A stretch of DNA of 64,000 bases from Octopus vulgaris (GCA_951406725.2 OX597822.1:1364001-1428000); one strand, 5' to 3'; numbered from the stretch's first letter, positions 42,540-58,090 are shown. Notes: generated from the letters alone by a model not told the origin. A program made the numbers and translations.

Positions 42540-43303
42540 GATTAATATCATTAATAATAGTAAAGAGTATGGAGATTTGTACATCCACAAAATTTATTTT
42601 ATAGTTATATACAGCATATTATTATGACCTATACCTTTTCCTGCTGCAGTGACTACTCACTATTACAAATGCCACCTTGCAATATTGTCGGTACAGCTTC
42701 ATAAGAGTCCGTCTGAGTGAAGTAAATTTTTGTCAGCTGGTGTTCTGTGGGAGATGGGGTTACTGTTATTTATAGGTATGTGCCGCTGACCTCCACTTCG
42801 ACCCGATTAATAGCTAAATTTAGTGATATTGATTATTGTGGATAGCCGGTAATTGGAACTTAATTGAGAGCTAATAGGTTATCCTGCCGGATAATATGTC
42901 CCTCCAAACTCATATATGTATGTATTTATATGTATAACATATTAATAAATAAAACATATGCATATATATACATACATATATGTACGTACCTACATCTACA
43001 TGTATATATACATGCATATATGGGTACAGGACCCCAAAAAAACGTCGAACACAATGAGAAACGAAAACATAAACACAAAACCAAGGAAATGGACATTTTT
43101 CTTAAACAACGAGTACAGGATATACAACAGAAGGAAAATTCCCCTTCTTTAGTCGCCTCTGTTTCATCTACTCCGCGTTTCGAAGGTCAAGGCGAGACAC
43201 GATTTCAGTGAAACATTCCTTCCCGCAAAAGGCAAATTAAATAAAAATTGAGACTTTTTTGCGGAGGGGTAAAAAGGGTAACAAAAACAGGACAGTAAAT
43301 ACA

Positions 43304-43349
<46 letters not shown>

Positions 43350-44770
43350 ACTCGTTTCAGCCACAAAACTGCGACTATGTTTGTGTATTACTATAAAGGG
43401 TTTTAGTCGGAATAATCGACCAAATATTTTTTTTTTAAACTAGGCCCTTAATCATTGACGAACCGTTAATTTATAGGGACGTAAATAAACCATCACTGAT
43501 TGTCAAGCGGGGGTGTGGAACAAACACAACCACAAAGAAACACACACATATACACGTACACTGACACATATACAGTTTCTATCTATCAAATCCTTTCATA
43601 TGTCTTTGGTCGATGATACAGTACAATGTACGGCTATTCATATAACCACACATATATTAAGGGATCCAGTTAATTGCACCATTGCTTCATCGCTATATTA
43701 AAATTCCTGTTCACTTGGCAAAATCAGAGAGAAGAGATTAACAATATGGCCAGAAGCTGCTAATCGGAACAATTAGTGCTTGATTAGCGCGCGTGTAATG
43801 TTTAATGGAAGCCAATACTGAAGAGGCTATAATTACGCTGCTTGCATTTGAATATTGAATATTCATTATGTCAAATTTAGTAGCCGAAAAGTGATGGCTT
43901 TTTCAGTCTTTTAGTGTATATATTTCTGGAAATTTCTCGAATGAAATCTTGGACTATACGCGGGCAAGAAACAAGAATGTATGTGTAGTTGAATAGCACG
44001 CGTTAGAAGCATATGGCTTCGGGTTCAGTCACATTTTACGTCACCATGTGCAAGTGTCTTCCATTACAACAGCCTCAGATCGGCAGATGAATTATGGGTG
44101 ATCTTAATACACAACCATTGTGCGAATGCTAATTGTGTGTATGAACGTGTGTATGCGTGTGTGTATGCATGTGTGTATGCGTGTGTGTATGCATCTATCT
44201 ATGTATGGGTACGCATATACCTATGTATATTGTTTGCGTTTGCGTATGTGTGTGGACGTGTTTGCATATATAAATATATATATATATTATATATATATAT
44301 ATATATGAGAGAAAAAGAATAAAAGAGTATATATGTGTGTGAGCGTGTGTGTATATATGCATATATGGGTACAGGACGTTACCAACAGTAAACAACATGA
44401 AATACGAAAACAAATGATATAAAAATATATAATTATATGTATTTGTATACATGTGTGTGTGCAAGAGCTCACGCGTATGTATAGATATATACGTATTTAT
44501 GTGGATATACAGCATTTAGTAAACGAAATGAAGTCACGTTAGACACCATCATTTCGACATCTGATGATTGGTGCACTTTGCATCAACACCGGCAATGAGC
44601 AGCTCAAAATCATTTGTGCAAGTTGATGAGCAACAAAACGTAGATTCTCTGTCGTATATTACAGGAGTGCCAGCGATATCTACATATATATATATATATA
44701 TATACCGGAGTAAACAGATAAATGTGAAACAAGGTGGAAAACTGAGTACTCAAATACCAGAGGTAGAGTA

Positions 44771-45064
<294 letters not shown>

Positions 45065-45342
45065 TTGCAGCCAAACATAAACTCTTTCTTTTCTCATATT
45101 CTTTTACTTGTTTCAGTCATTATATATATATATATATACGAATGAACGACCAAACGAAAGAAATAGGCAGTCTACACATCGAGTAGGTTTAACATGTATT
45201 ATTGAAAACATTTTGATTTCGGCTACAGGTAAAACTTTAAGTCGCAAAGTCTCATACGGCCGAATCACTTTGTTTTAAACATTACATGTAAAATAATACA
45301 CACACACCCACACATACATATACACCTATGATGATGATGATG

Positions 45343-45427
<85 letters not shown>

Positions 45428-45428
<1 letters not shown>

Positions 45429-45870
45429 CGAAAATGATAATGCAAAGATCCTATGGGATTTTATGATTCAATGCGACCAGGAGATAGAGAATAGGAAGCC
45501 TGACGTAGTCTTAATTGGGAAAGAAGACAAAGTATGCTGGATCATAGATATGGCATGCCCAGCTGACAACAAGGTATGCGATAAGGAAGAAAGAAAAGTC
45601 GATAGATATGACAGGTTAGCTTGGGAGGTTAAGCAGTTGTGGTCGACGGCAAAGATGGTAGTAGTACCAATAAAAATCTTGAGAAGTACATGGAACAAAT
45701 AGGGGTTGCAATAAGGGTGGAGCACTTGCAGAAAACATTACTGCTCGGAACCGCTCGAATAATCCGAAAGGCGCTCGAAAAATAAGAGGTGTTACCTTAG
45801 TTCACTGGTAGTGAACAGCTGACACTGTAATACATCTCCAGCGTTAGAGGCTAGGCAAAGGCAATAATAA
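45428..45870 (+). mobile_element. R4/Dong-like LINE 3' end in (TAA)n
   Basis: ENDNAKILWDFMIQCDQEIENRKPDVVLIGKEDKVCWIIDMACPAD..KEERKVDRY..VVVPI..HLQKTLLLGTARIIRK; (ATA)n upstream and aataataat tail. Confidence 0.9.
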
Positions 45871-45891
45871 TAAGAATATATATATATGTAC

Positions 45892-45965
<74 letters not shown>

Positions 45966-45968
<3 letters not shown>

Positions 45969-46219
45969 TTCAGCAAAATTTAGATTCAAATGAATATGGT
46001 ACTTAAGTTAGATGCACCAGAATTTTGTATGGTGTTATCCATATAAAACCATGGGGTGATTATAATCAAAAATAAGCAACAAGAATAACTTCGGTAATTT
46101 GGTACGATCGTTTCACGCTACATCATTTTATTAAATATTGTAAGTATTACAACAGTTTTAAAATGTTGAGCAATCATCAGCCATTTATAGAGGTTTTCCA
46201 TTAATGCATAATTTTCATA
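45966..46219 (-). mobile_element. (TA)n-embedded ~250 bp mini-Penelope-like element
   Basis: Near-identical sibling at 49803-50088; TA tracts on both sides; no ORF. Confidence 0.75.
46097..46186 (-). ncRNA. Type I minimal hammerhead ribozyme with canonical core
   Basis: UGG-CUGAUGA-UUGCUcaacauuuu...aaaaugauguAGCGU-GAAAC-GAUC-GUA-CCA: intact core, extended stem II, palindromic ACGAUCGU stem III, stem I UGG/CCA. Confidence 0.72.
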
Positions 46220-46221
46220 TC

Positions 46222-46287
<66 letters not shown>

Positions 46288-47670
46288 ACACTTAACAGGT
46301 TTTGGTGTCTCCATTTATACATAATTCAAAATACAAAGAATGATAAACCAAAAAATGTATTTTTTTTATCGAAACTAAAGAAAAGTAGCAGTAAGATGGA
46401 AAATGTGTATTTGTATATACTTCCACTTTATGTTTGAAGAGTTCTCTCCTACTTCTTCTAATTGTAAAAGTCTTTCATTAGATTATCATTACAACACCAT
46501 TAATGTTTCGAAATTATATTTCCGATCATATAAATCACTTCCAATATTATTTAAGCACGTGTTAACTGATTGTTCTTCTGGCGTAGACCAATTACCATTT
46601 CTGTAGTGCCCCACTTCTCACCATGCTCAACCACGAGCTTGTTTTGCTTAATGGTTAATTTAGTGCTGATGTAAGCATACAAAGTCTTTTTAACTCAGTC
46701 TCCATTTATTCCCTGGTTATTCAAAATTCTAATCACACATTTGCGATTTGGTCACGGAGGCATTTCACAACAACTCTGGACCTGAACAGATCGAAAATAT
46801 GACAACACAAAAATTATATGAAAACTAAAATGAACAGTTTTTGTGTATGGTTTTTAAATGGTTCACAATGGTTATCCTGCAATGGTATTATTCTTTCACA
46901 TTCACTTATACGGTCTCAGATCGAGGTAGTAGTGAAACCAGCTCAAGCCTAGGAACAGCCTCGCGCAGGCGCATTTTCTCACGCACACACTACCACGTAC
47001 TTATATGTAAGTACATCTGTAGACATATGTATATGTGTACATAAATAGAATATGTGTGTGTGTGAGTGTGTGTATATATATATATATATACACACTCACA
47101 CTTGCATACATACATGCATACATACATACCTACCTACCTACATACACACATACATACATACATACATACGTACACATACATGCATACGTACATACATACA
47201 TAGATACATACATACATACGTACATACATACATACATACATACATACATACATACATGCCTACATATTTGTGTCTCAAGCTGCACTCTTCAGTCTTGAGA
47301 GATTTCGACTTCCTTATAATCTTTAAGTTTAAATTTTCCCTGTAAATCTCTTGTTACTTCCCTTATCTCTTCCATATCTCATCGGCTGTTTTAGCATAAT
47401 AGTCTTTTTCCGTCTCCTTTCATCTGACCTCACTATATTTATGGAGATTTTGGTGGTGGTGGTGGGGGGGGCGTGCACAAACAAATAGGATGTAAAGAAA
47501 TAAAAGACACAGAAAATAGAAAAATAAAACAGAAAAAAAATGATGTGTCATTCCATTCAATATCTTAATTTCTATTTATTAATCATATATTTATTCGCAC
47601 TGGAAAGGTTTCTTTCATCCTTAGTTATCATCAAATAGTTTACACTTGTAAACAAATGGTGCTTTTCTTT

Positions 47671-47718
<48 letters not shown>

Positions 47719-48065
47719 AACTACACACATACAAACTTACACACACAAACCCTCACACATACACACACACACACACAGACACAAATACACACATAGAGCT
47801 TACACACACAAACACTCACACATACACACACAAACACTCACACATACACACATACACAAGACATATGCGTCCATAGATAAGTATAGAAGGAGACAGTGAA
47901 ACATACACACATACTAACATGCTTGTGCACTGACATACATATACAGTATAACTCGCACACAGAGGGATAGGTAGATAGATACGTATACACAAATATATAT
48001 CTCTCTCACACACACACATATAAATACATGCGCGCGCGCAAACACACACACACATACGAGTATAT

Positions 48066-48296
48066 ATATTTCTTTACTACCCACAAGGGGCAAAACATAG
48101 AGGAGACAAAGAAGGACAGACAAACGGATTAAGTCGATTACATCGACCCAGTGCCAAACTGGTACTTTATTTATTGACCCCGAGAGGATGAAAGGCAAAG
48201 TCGACCTCGGCGGAATTTGAACTCAGAACGTAACGACAGAGGAAATACCGCTAAGCATTTCGCCCGGCCTGCTAACGTTTCTACCAGCTCACCGCC
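48066..48296 (-). mobile_element. SINE family 1 monomer, tail B (further copies: 31040-31180 -, 32463-32678 +, 34830-35031 -, 40630-41015 +, 54945-55173 -)
   Basis: Matches to the family consensus seen in this window. Confidence 0.85.
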
Positions 48297-48656
48297 AACA
48301 CACACATATATATATGCATGCATATATATTTTACTATACTGGACCCCCATCGGCACTCGAAGTTTAAAAATTACTTACATACATACTTTTTCAAACTTCC
48401 TACTTAGTTTCGACACATTAACTTGTGTAGGTTGAACTGTCAAACGTTAGAGATAGAAACCGAGCTGTTTCTTACAATAAATACATCAAACTTTAAAAAA
48501 ATATACTACCGTGGATCCTCAGTTTAATATTTTACTCGCGTGGACTCCCAAAATCTCATATAAACCCCGAGGGGTCATTGTGACTCTGGGTGAGAACCAC
48601 TGATATAGAGGGTTTGTGATGGATTTGATGACTTATTTGCTAATTTTTAAAAAATC

Positions 48657-49728
48657 AAGGGTCATCCAACAAAAGCCAAATGCATTTTTATAAAAACGTG
48701 TTCTCAATAAACTCTATTTATGAGATTATTGTATGAGTCCGCATTCAGCTTCGATCGTTGCTTCAATGCGGGACTGGAATCATTGACATGCCTGGACTAA
48801 ATGGTTCTTGTTCATTTCGGGCATATTACCTGAACATTGGTGGCTTTCACTGAAGCCGTGGTAATGTGAAGATGTTGATAAGACCCATTTTCAACGACGC
48901 TCCAGACGTAATAGCCCACTCTAAGCTTTAGTGTACTTTGCGAGAAAGTTATGACTTTCCGTTCCGTACTTCAGCTATCCTAGGATCAATCTAATCTCAA
49001 AATTACTACTAAAACTTATGGGAAGATATAAGGTGGAATGACATGTCGTTCGTTAATTACCACTCCTGAAACTCTCTCAGTTGCAAGAAACTTAGTGTGA
49101 ATCGCTTTGGAGACACCAGAATGATCAGCACATAACTATCTGTCATTTTTCCTGTTCGATTTTTGGTTTTGAGCGAGGTTTTTCTCAACAGAGAAAACCA
49201 AAAGTATGCTATGGACGTAAGGGTTTTGAACTTTGTTAAGTAACCTCTTGGGGTAGATCAAACAGTATTCCTGTGTATTTGCAATTATGAATTGGCTTCT
49301 CCTCAGTGCATAAGACGTGAATCGAACGTCTTTTTGCACCACAGTTCAGACTGAGCACTCAGACACCCGAAGCTCTTTGGTAGTGGCTTCTATTTATACT
49401 GTGAGATCACCATCGATAATATTTTCAATCCGTTGAATGAATTGTAGTGTCATTATAGTGTCCGAACGTCTAGAATGTTTTGTGTTTCTGATACAGTACA
49501 AACATACCCGCCAGAAACTTCCGATTCCAGCGGAATTTTATGTACAAAACATCTTGGAACAGATAGAAAGTTGGCGAGTTTTAAATATCTGTGTTTTAGA
49601 CATATGGTAACAAAAACTGCGTGTCTTTTCGTTCCTTGTTTTAGAATTTTATCTTCATTGGTATAACTATAATAAATGATTGGCTGTAATATAGTAATAA
49701 CTACGTTCCAAGTACAAATCGCACCCTG
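48657..49728 (-). mobile_element. Old, near full-span maT (DD37D-type) transposon relic
   Basis: cagggtgcgat terminus at 49728 (same as 24263); KRHAVFV..ANFLSV..; VQKDVRFTSYALRRSQ..KRLLNKV..FSVEKNLAQNQKSNRKNDR; YYVWSVVE..QACQ*FQSRIEATIEAE. Confidence 0.8.
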
Positions 49729-49748
49729 CTTACCTAAATAATTACATG

Positions 49749-49802
<54 letters not shown>

Positions 49803-49805
<3 letters not shown>

Positions 49806-50088
49806 TTCAGCAAAATTTAGATTCAAATGAATATGGTACTTAAGTTAGATGCACCAGAATTTTGTATGGGGTTATCCATATAAATCCATGGGATGATTAT
49901 AATTAAAAATAAGCAACAAGAATAACTTCGGTAATTATGAAAATTATCTATTAATGGAAAACCTCTATAAATGGCTGATGATTGCTCAACATTTTAAAAT
50001 TGTTGTAATACTTACAATATTTAATAAAATGATGTAGCGTGAAAAGATCGTACCAAATTACCGAAGTTATTCTTGTTGCTTATTTTTG
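49803..50088. mobile_element. Sibling of 45966 element with internal inversion (foldback form); hammerhead-like core on + at 49972-50055
   Basis: First ~134 bp colinear with 45966; remainder inverted, giving a 32 bp IR (49905-49936 / 50056-50087); ctgatga...gtgaaaagatcgtacc. Confidence 0.8.
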
Positions 50089-50526
50089 TGTGTATATATA
50101 TTTATATAGCGCGACACTTTTAATCTTATATATGCCCAGAGATACAAGTATACATACATACAAATATATGTGTATGTTTTGATGTATGTTTTCGTATATT
50201 CATAAATACTCAATACATATGTTCATACACAAATGCGCAACATATATGTATTGAAGAATATCTAAGCTATGCATAGCACGGTGTATATGAAAATAGAAAA
50301 TTTTCGTATTAAAAAAAAGGCCTTACTTTCTTTGAAATAAGAATGCAATGAACTGCAAAAATGTGTTATATCCTTATTTTACCTACTGTAAAATTTGGTA
50401 GCATTCACACCCAGAGGCACGCACACATATTCACTAACATATATGGATACATATACATGCCCCCTTCAATATATGTATATATGTGTAAGTGTGTGTGTAG
50501 GTGTATATATATTCTATATACAATAG

Positions 50527-50591
<65 letters not shown>

Positions 50592-51014
50592 ATACTGTAT
50601 TATATATTCATTTCATGCAGTATTTTTTATTGTATTTCTGACATTTTACTACTTAAAAATTTTAAGGTACATACATGTCGACAGACAGACAGACGTAGAT
50701 ACTTGCATATACACACACCCAAATACGTATACGTATGTACAATTTAAACATCCTCAACTGCGACACTTATATCATACGTTTATACATCAACTTTAATATT
50801 GGATTTTCCTCAAGAGAAATATAGATTATTATTTATTTTTATTTCGAAATGTATTTCTTTATTACTTTGCATCATTTCTTTATGCATGATATCACCGTGG
50901 CTTCAACCATCTGAACAGATTCATTTAACGTATTTGGTGTATATATGTATATGTATATATAAATTCATGAAAACACAAGCGCACATTCACATACTTCCAT
51001 GTATATATACGTCC

Positions 51015-51070
<56 letters not shown>

Positions 51071-51356
51071 CTGTGTGTGTACGTATGTTTACACATACAT
51101 CTATAAGTATATATGTATGTGGCTATCTACAAGCGTGTGACTATGTATATTCATAAGAATACTCTTACAACTCTTCACACACACGAACACAAAAACAGAC
51201 ACACACATACACACACATGAATATAAATATATATATATGTATGTATGTATGTATATATATATATGCATATAAATTTATAAATATATGCATGTACAGTCAT
51301 CTACAATATACATATATGCATACATGCATACATACATCTATATCTGTATGCATATT

Positions 51357-51389
<33 letters not shown>

Positions 51390-51908
51390 GCGTATATATG
51401 TATATATTTATATAAATATGCATAATGTTATGCGTAGGTGTGTGTATTTGTCTGTGTGTGTTTATATGTGTATACGTGTGCGTAAAATATTTATATTTAA
51501 ATAAATGCAAAGGCAAATAAGCGTCCATATCATTTTTCGCATAATAGACTTCAGAAAGTTTAACGTCGTTTACTTTGCGGTATTATCCATGCATGCATAA
51601 TACATACACATGCACATACACACACATGTATCAATACACTTGTGCCCACACTTGTATGTGCTCTCTCTCTCTCTCTGTCTCTCTTTCTGTCTCTCTCTCA
51701 CACACACACGCACACATATACACACATAGAATTGCTTATATTGATAGGTATATATCTTTCATACGTCCATTTGTATGTATAAATTGGGATAAAATTCCAA
51801 GGAGAACATATTTAGACAAGAGACAGATGCATACCTGCAGACATATACAAACATATATACACACATATATACATAGACAGATGGGTAGACACATAAATAA
51901 ACAGCTAT

Positions 51909-52034
<126 letters not shown>

Positions 52035-52384
52035 TGAGAGAAAAATGTGATAGACAAAGACCGACAGTGAGAAAGAAATGGGGTATAAGTTTTACTCAAA
52101 ATGTTGGACTTCGAGACGGGAAAATGAAGGATTTTAACTGACAGAAACCTGAGTGAAATCAATGATTTGAACGTTTTCGACATTTCTTCATATATTGTGT
52201 CAGAAAGAATTCCAATCCAAGTACGGTACTTCAAATCACTAGGATTCTTTTTTTAATATACCATGAAATTGGGTAATACTTGCCTCAACATACGGAATTA
52301 TAGAAGATTCTCTGTAAGATCCCAGTTTTCAATGTGAAATATGGGCTGGAATAATTGTGTGTGTGTGTGTGTTTATGTGTGTGT

Positions 52385-52471
<87 letters not shown>

Positions 52472-55418
52472 ATGTATATATATAAAACACAAAGGAATAA
52501 GGATCTGTAATCCGGTGAGGTACCTTATGAGCACTCTGATACAACCCAGATCTGGTTAACCGCATCGAATGATAAGGAACATTCAAGATCCTTTAAGATA
52601 AACAACTAAACTCTACTTCACTTGATAGGTAAAACCTGAGTTCGCCTCATTGTGTAACATACTCAGTATATAATCATAATGAAGAATGGAGAATCGTACA
52701 TCTTCAAATTTTATTTATTGAAGTATTCTTTTCCTATTTGTTTCCGATACGTGTTTCTGTTGTTGTTTCATATTCCATTCCGATACGTGTTTCTAGAGTC
52801 CTTTCATTTGCCAATTATGTGCATTTAGTTGAGCTGATTTACATCAAATCAACTGCAATATACATTCAACTAAAGGCTGACAATCTGATGCAGCTTTATT
52901 CTAGATGTTACCCATACTGGTGGGTCAAGTGAACTGAAGATTCATGTATTAGATATGCGTTCTTAGAGTATATTCTTAGTGAGGGAACATAAAATATCAG
53001 GGTAAAGAACAGTAGAGATAGTGGTGAAATATATGTTCTGGTATCACTTAAACTTAGAATGATCTTCATAACTGGGTATATCACAGGGTACATGTAGAAA
53101 ATATCACAAAACAAAAGATGAATGATTATTTATAAGATATATAGTTACATTATCTTAAGTACAATTTGCCCCCATGTCTAGAATCGCTACTTCCGTCAGC
53201 AATTCAACAATCAAGTAATGTTACCTATAAAGATTATATATCTCTGTAGGTTTGACTTGTTATTTTGAGTGTGCGATTTACATTTTATAACTAATGAAGG
53301 TGCAGCTAAATATTTTATTTCCACCTTAATAGGATCACATCTTGCTTAACACTCATTACTTTGTCATATCTTCTCCAGCTCAGCAGGTTTCCTTCTCTTA
53401 CTCTCATTTGCCCCCCAAATGCGGTCCCCACGGAGATCGGATTCTTCTAACAGAACCACCTGCCTGGATGCTTCTGATACTCAGTAGTGCATCTGATTAC
53501 TGAGGTGACAGTTTCTGGGAACTTCAGCTGCTTTTCCTACTGAAGCTACAATCCACCATTTTCCCCATTGGCTGTCAATATTGTTATGGCTTTAGTTGTC
53601 ATCGTACCTAATGTTGGCCATTATTGTTAAGGATTATCTTTAATCCGGGCAGTTAATACTATTAGTGTGCTACTGTTTATCCCACATCACAAGTTAAGAC
53701 TATTGAAAAGGTTGCAAGGCGCCACGAAAATTTTAGGAAAATAAAAATAAGAAATAAATGGAAATTTTACCGGTGAGGGTATTAAATTATAAGGTACAAA
53801 AAGAAAATAACTCTCCCCCGACACAAGTCTAATTAGTTAATCATAAACGTTCCAGCCGTATCCATCCTATTTTTCTTCCCAGTCAACTTCTATATTCCTA
53901 ATATTTGTTCGCTGTATTTCCTCATACTCCGAAAATTTTTCATGATGTCTTCTTATTCATTGTCCATCCCGTTTGCTTCTGGATCTATAAAAATTTCTTG
54001 TGCACTGACAAAACGACTAAAACGTAACCCAGAATCAGAACACTCACTCGTATAAACTATTCCTTTATTCATTCGTTAATTTCACTTAGTGGATTGCCGC
54101 CATGCAAGGGTATTGCATTTTGGGATGGAGTTCATTATATTGTATTGTATCGACATTGGATGGATAAAAAATATAGAGAGGGATATGAACCAGGTTCAAA
54201 ACACAACGTAAAGTGGAGTCGCCAAATACCATAAAGTATTTCGTTCGACTTGCTACCGATTGTACTCTCCCTTTGAAAAAAATATTTTATAAAATATGTT
54301 CCAATGAATCTGACATTTAGATTTCCCGTTCAAAATTCATTGCAATAGATGCTTCCCCACAAAAGATGTCTCGTATACAGAAACCCCTGTGCTTAATATA
54401 ATTAGATTGGCAGTCCTGAAATCGTTTACATTTGAATTTATCTCTGTTAATATTATTGCTGCAATGGATACTGTCCTGGCTGAGTTGTTAAGAAATTCAT
54501 TTGGGAAAAATGAGCTCCTATGCCCGATATTTGCAGTTGACTTTGTCTCGGGCAAATATCTTTTATTCTATTCTCTGCTCGACCTAAGCCTTATAAATCA
54601 TATAGGATAGATGTAAACTGTGAAGAAGGAACATGCTAGAAAGATTGCATTTTTAATTCAAAAGTACAAACTTATCGTATATTTTGTTTCATGCTGATTC
54701 AACCTGAGAATTATGTTTAGGGTACACGTTTCGACTGAGGTAAACTCAGCCGCTTACACATCATTTAAGCGAATCTGTAGTCTTATATGACGATGAAGTG
54801 AATGTTCTTCGACTAAACTGTCGGAAGATAAAATCATTTTCGCTACTGCCATCGCAACTCAAGCCTCCTCCCTTCCTCCACACCATCTTTATCATAATCA
54901 CAGTAGAATCAGCAACAGCTCTATCAACAACAATAGTATCATTACCTGTTTCTTTATTACCTACAAGGTGCAAAACATAGAGGGGACAGACAAGGACAGA
55001 CATAGGTATTAAGTCGATTACATCGACCCCAGTGCGTAATTGGTACTTAATATATCGACCCCGAAAGAAGGAAAGGGAAAGTCGACCTCGGCGGAATTTG
55101 AACTCACAACGTAACGACAGACGAAATACCGCTAAGCATTTCGCCCGGCGTACCAATGTTTCTGCCAGCTTACCATTTCTATACTGTGATCATTCTCTCC
55201 AAACAATCTGTACAAAGTTGAAAAAGAAATATATATATATACATACGTGTCTGTATGTGTGTATGTATGTATGCCTCAGTGTATGTATGTATGTATGTAT
55301 GCGTGTGTGTGTGTAATTTCTGCAAGGATATCATTGATGACTTACAGAAACAACAAAAATAATTTCTCTCTTCATGACTTGACCTAATCAAGACAGTTAT
55401 CGAAAAAAGAAAGGCGCA

Positions 55419-55491
<73 letters not shown>

Positions 55492-55503
55492 CATACATAT
55501 ACA

Positions 55504-55579
<76 letters not shown>

Positions 55580-55926
55580 AAAGAACAGATTTGCAAGCGA
55601 GGCAAAAAGTCGATATTTGTTATCGCATTATAATAGCTTTAGGGCATCTTCATCCTTCAGATATATCCTAGTTATCTCTCGTCTCCTTCTGCACAAGAAG
55701 ATTTTTCAGACACGTCACATGATTAACACTCACGATCCCTACAATTCTTAATCCCTTATCTGAGATGTTCTTTTTTAAGCGATTTTAGCCGTTATATTAT
55801 GAACAACTGCAATACATTTTGTGTTTCTGTTTTCAACTCACACTTACACCCATACAACCACAAATTGAAACTAAATTTCTTATCTGTGTTTCCTATAAAA
55901 GCGATCTTCAGACAAAAATGTGCGCC

Positions 55927-55975
<49 letters not shown>

Positions 55976-56357
55976 CACACAGAGGCGTGCCCAAACACAC
56001 GCGTACACACATGAACATACGCACGCACGCACACACACTCATATATATATTTAAATGAATGGCGCAATGCCTGGTGCATAGAGTTTTGGGCTAACGATCA
56101 GGAAGTTCGTGGGTTCGTTTCCCCGGATCCGATGATGCGTTTTGTCTTCGAGTAAGGCTTTGCATTTTACCCTGCTCCGATTTATTCATCTGAAAATTAA
56201 GGGCCAATCTTGTGAAGATGCAGCCCTCTCTTCCAATTCCCTGCCAACTGTTTCATCGATCTTCTGCTGAGTCAAGGATAGTTGTTCGATACTAGGCAGG
56301 CATCTGAAATAACTATCCACACCATCATACTCACTGATGGCTAAGCTTTTTAATATA

Positions 56358-56957
56358 CAGGGGAATTGAAAAGTAACTCCTTATTTTAAAGTCTTATAAA
56401 TTATTTATTAATTCTAATTTTTACAAAAAAAAAAAATGGATATACAGCGAAGCATTTAGTATGGGGTTTTATTCAAAATTCGATATGGGCTCCAGATGTC
56501 GTCACCAGATTCTTGAGTCGTCTAGGAATTGCATCAACTGATTTCATCAGAAACTCTTGTGGGATGGAAGAAGACAATTTCTCGTATTCGCTCTTCAAGT
56601 TCTTCCAAAGTCTTTGGTTTATTACAGTAGACTTGTTCCTTTAACCAACCTGAAAGAAAGAAGTCATAAGGTGTTAAGTCAGGACTTCTGGCTGGCCAGT
56701 GATGTGGACCACGGCGACGAATCCAGCTCCTTGGGAAGTGGGCACTCAGCCATTTACGAATGACAAGAACAATACGATAACAGATTAAATTTCCATACTT
56801 CAAAAGGCAAACAAAATTTTGAGAAAAAATTACAATTAATTGGGACTGTTACATTAAGTTAGCAAAAGACCCCATCAAAAGTATCATGCGGTTACTGTAT
56901 AACTCTGAAATAATTTATAATTATTTTAAAAAAGGGAGTTACTTTTCAATCACGCTG
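56358..56957 (-). mobile_element. Non-autonomous Tc1/mariner-superfamily deletion derivative with both TIRs and TA TSD
   Basis: ta|caggggaattgaaaagtaactcctt ... aagggagttacttttcaatcacgctg|ta; VIRKWLSAHFPRSWIRRRGPHHWPARSPDLTPYDFFLSGWLKEQVY..PKTLEELEERI (DD41D/rosa-like motif set). Confidence 0.88.
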
Positions 56958-56965
56958 TATATATG

Positions 56966-57004
<39 letters not shown>

Positions 57005-57059
57005 CTGCATGTACGTAAATGTAAAATCAGATATGTAAATATATATATTTTCTATTGTT

Positions 57060-57390
57060 TTCTGTTATACTTGTTACATTTATTAGACTGCGGCCATGCT
57101 GGGGCACCACCTTGAAGATCTTTTAGTCGAATGAATCGACCCCAGGATTCCCTTTTATTTTTAAGCCTGGTACTTATTCTATCACACGCAGACACACAAA
57201 CACCAGTTGATAAACAGTTGTGGTGGGGGCAAACACAATTCGAAGACACACACGTTGCGGAAACTGTAAGAAGCCAGTCGTGTATACACACACATATATA
57301 TGACAGGCTTCTTACAATTTCCGTCTATAAAATCCACTCACAAAATTATAGTAGAAAACCTTAGCACAAGGTGCCACCACGCAGTGAATA
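57060..57390 (-). mobile_element. Diverged SINE family 2 copy
   Basis: ctgcggccatgctggggcaccacc tail and aaatccactcacaa body. Confidence 0.7.
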
Positions 57391-57902
57391 GGTATACTAA
57401 ATATGTATCTAATATTTTGAAACATGCACATAGATATTTACATATATACATATCCCGTAAAAGGAAAAATGACAAATGAAATAACAGCTGGGCAATGTCT
57501 ATTTTTCTATCAATATACCCTTCCGTATCCGACTCCATTTCTCTACAAAGGCGATGACCGTCACCCTAGAAACCTCTAGAGACGTCCATATTTTGACTTT
57601 GTCGTCAATCAGACTCTTTTTATATCAAAATCTATAATCAATGTTACTTAGCATCGCCATCGAAATATAGCATTTCAAATTTAGTTTTGACACGGAAACC
57701 ATTTGTTAAGGGATTAAACATAGGCGAGAGCCCTCCTTCTTTTATAGTGTACGTACATACGTGGATGTAAAGAGTCATTATGAATATTGTAATTAATGCA
57801 TGTATTTAGGTATATATGTATGCATCCATGCATGTGTGTCTGTGTGCGCGCACACATACACATACATGTTAATGTTCATGTTAACGTTCATACATACATA
57901 TA

Positions 57903-58090
57903 TACGTTTGGTGGGGCGAAAATTTTCTGGCTTTCGGTAAAAGAAAATACAGGAGGGTCAGTAAATCCTGATTTTATTCAACATAATCGCCTCCCAGATT
58001 CCCACGGGAATATATGCAGCTGTCCCTTTAGTTTTTCGAAGCACTGTAAAAGAATACTGAGGTTGGATCTCGAAACAACCCTTTCGCGAT
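57903..58090 (-). mobile_element. mariner 3' remnant
   Basis: ...NLGGDYVE* followed by a TIR-like end. Confidence 0.55.
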
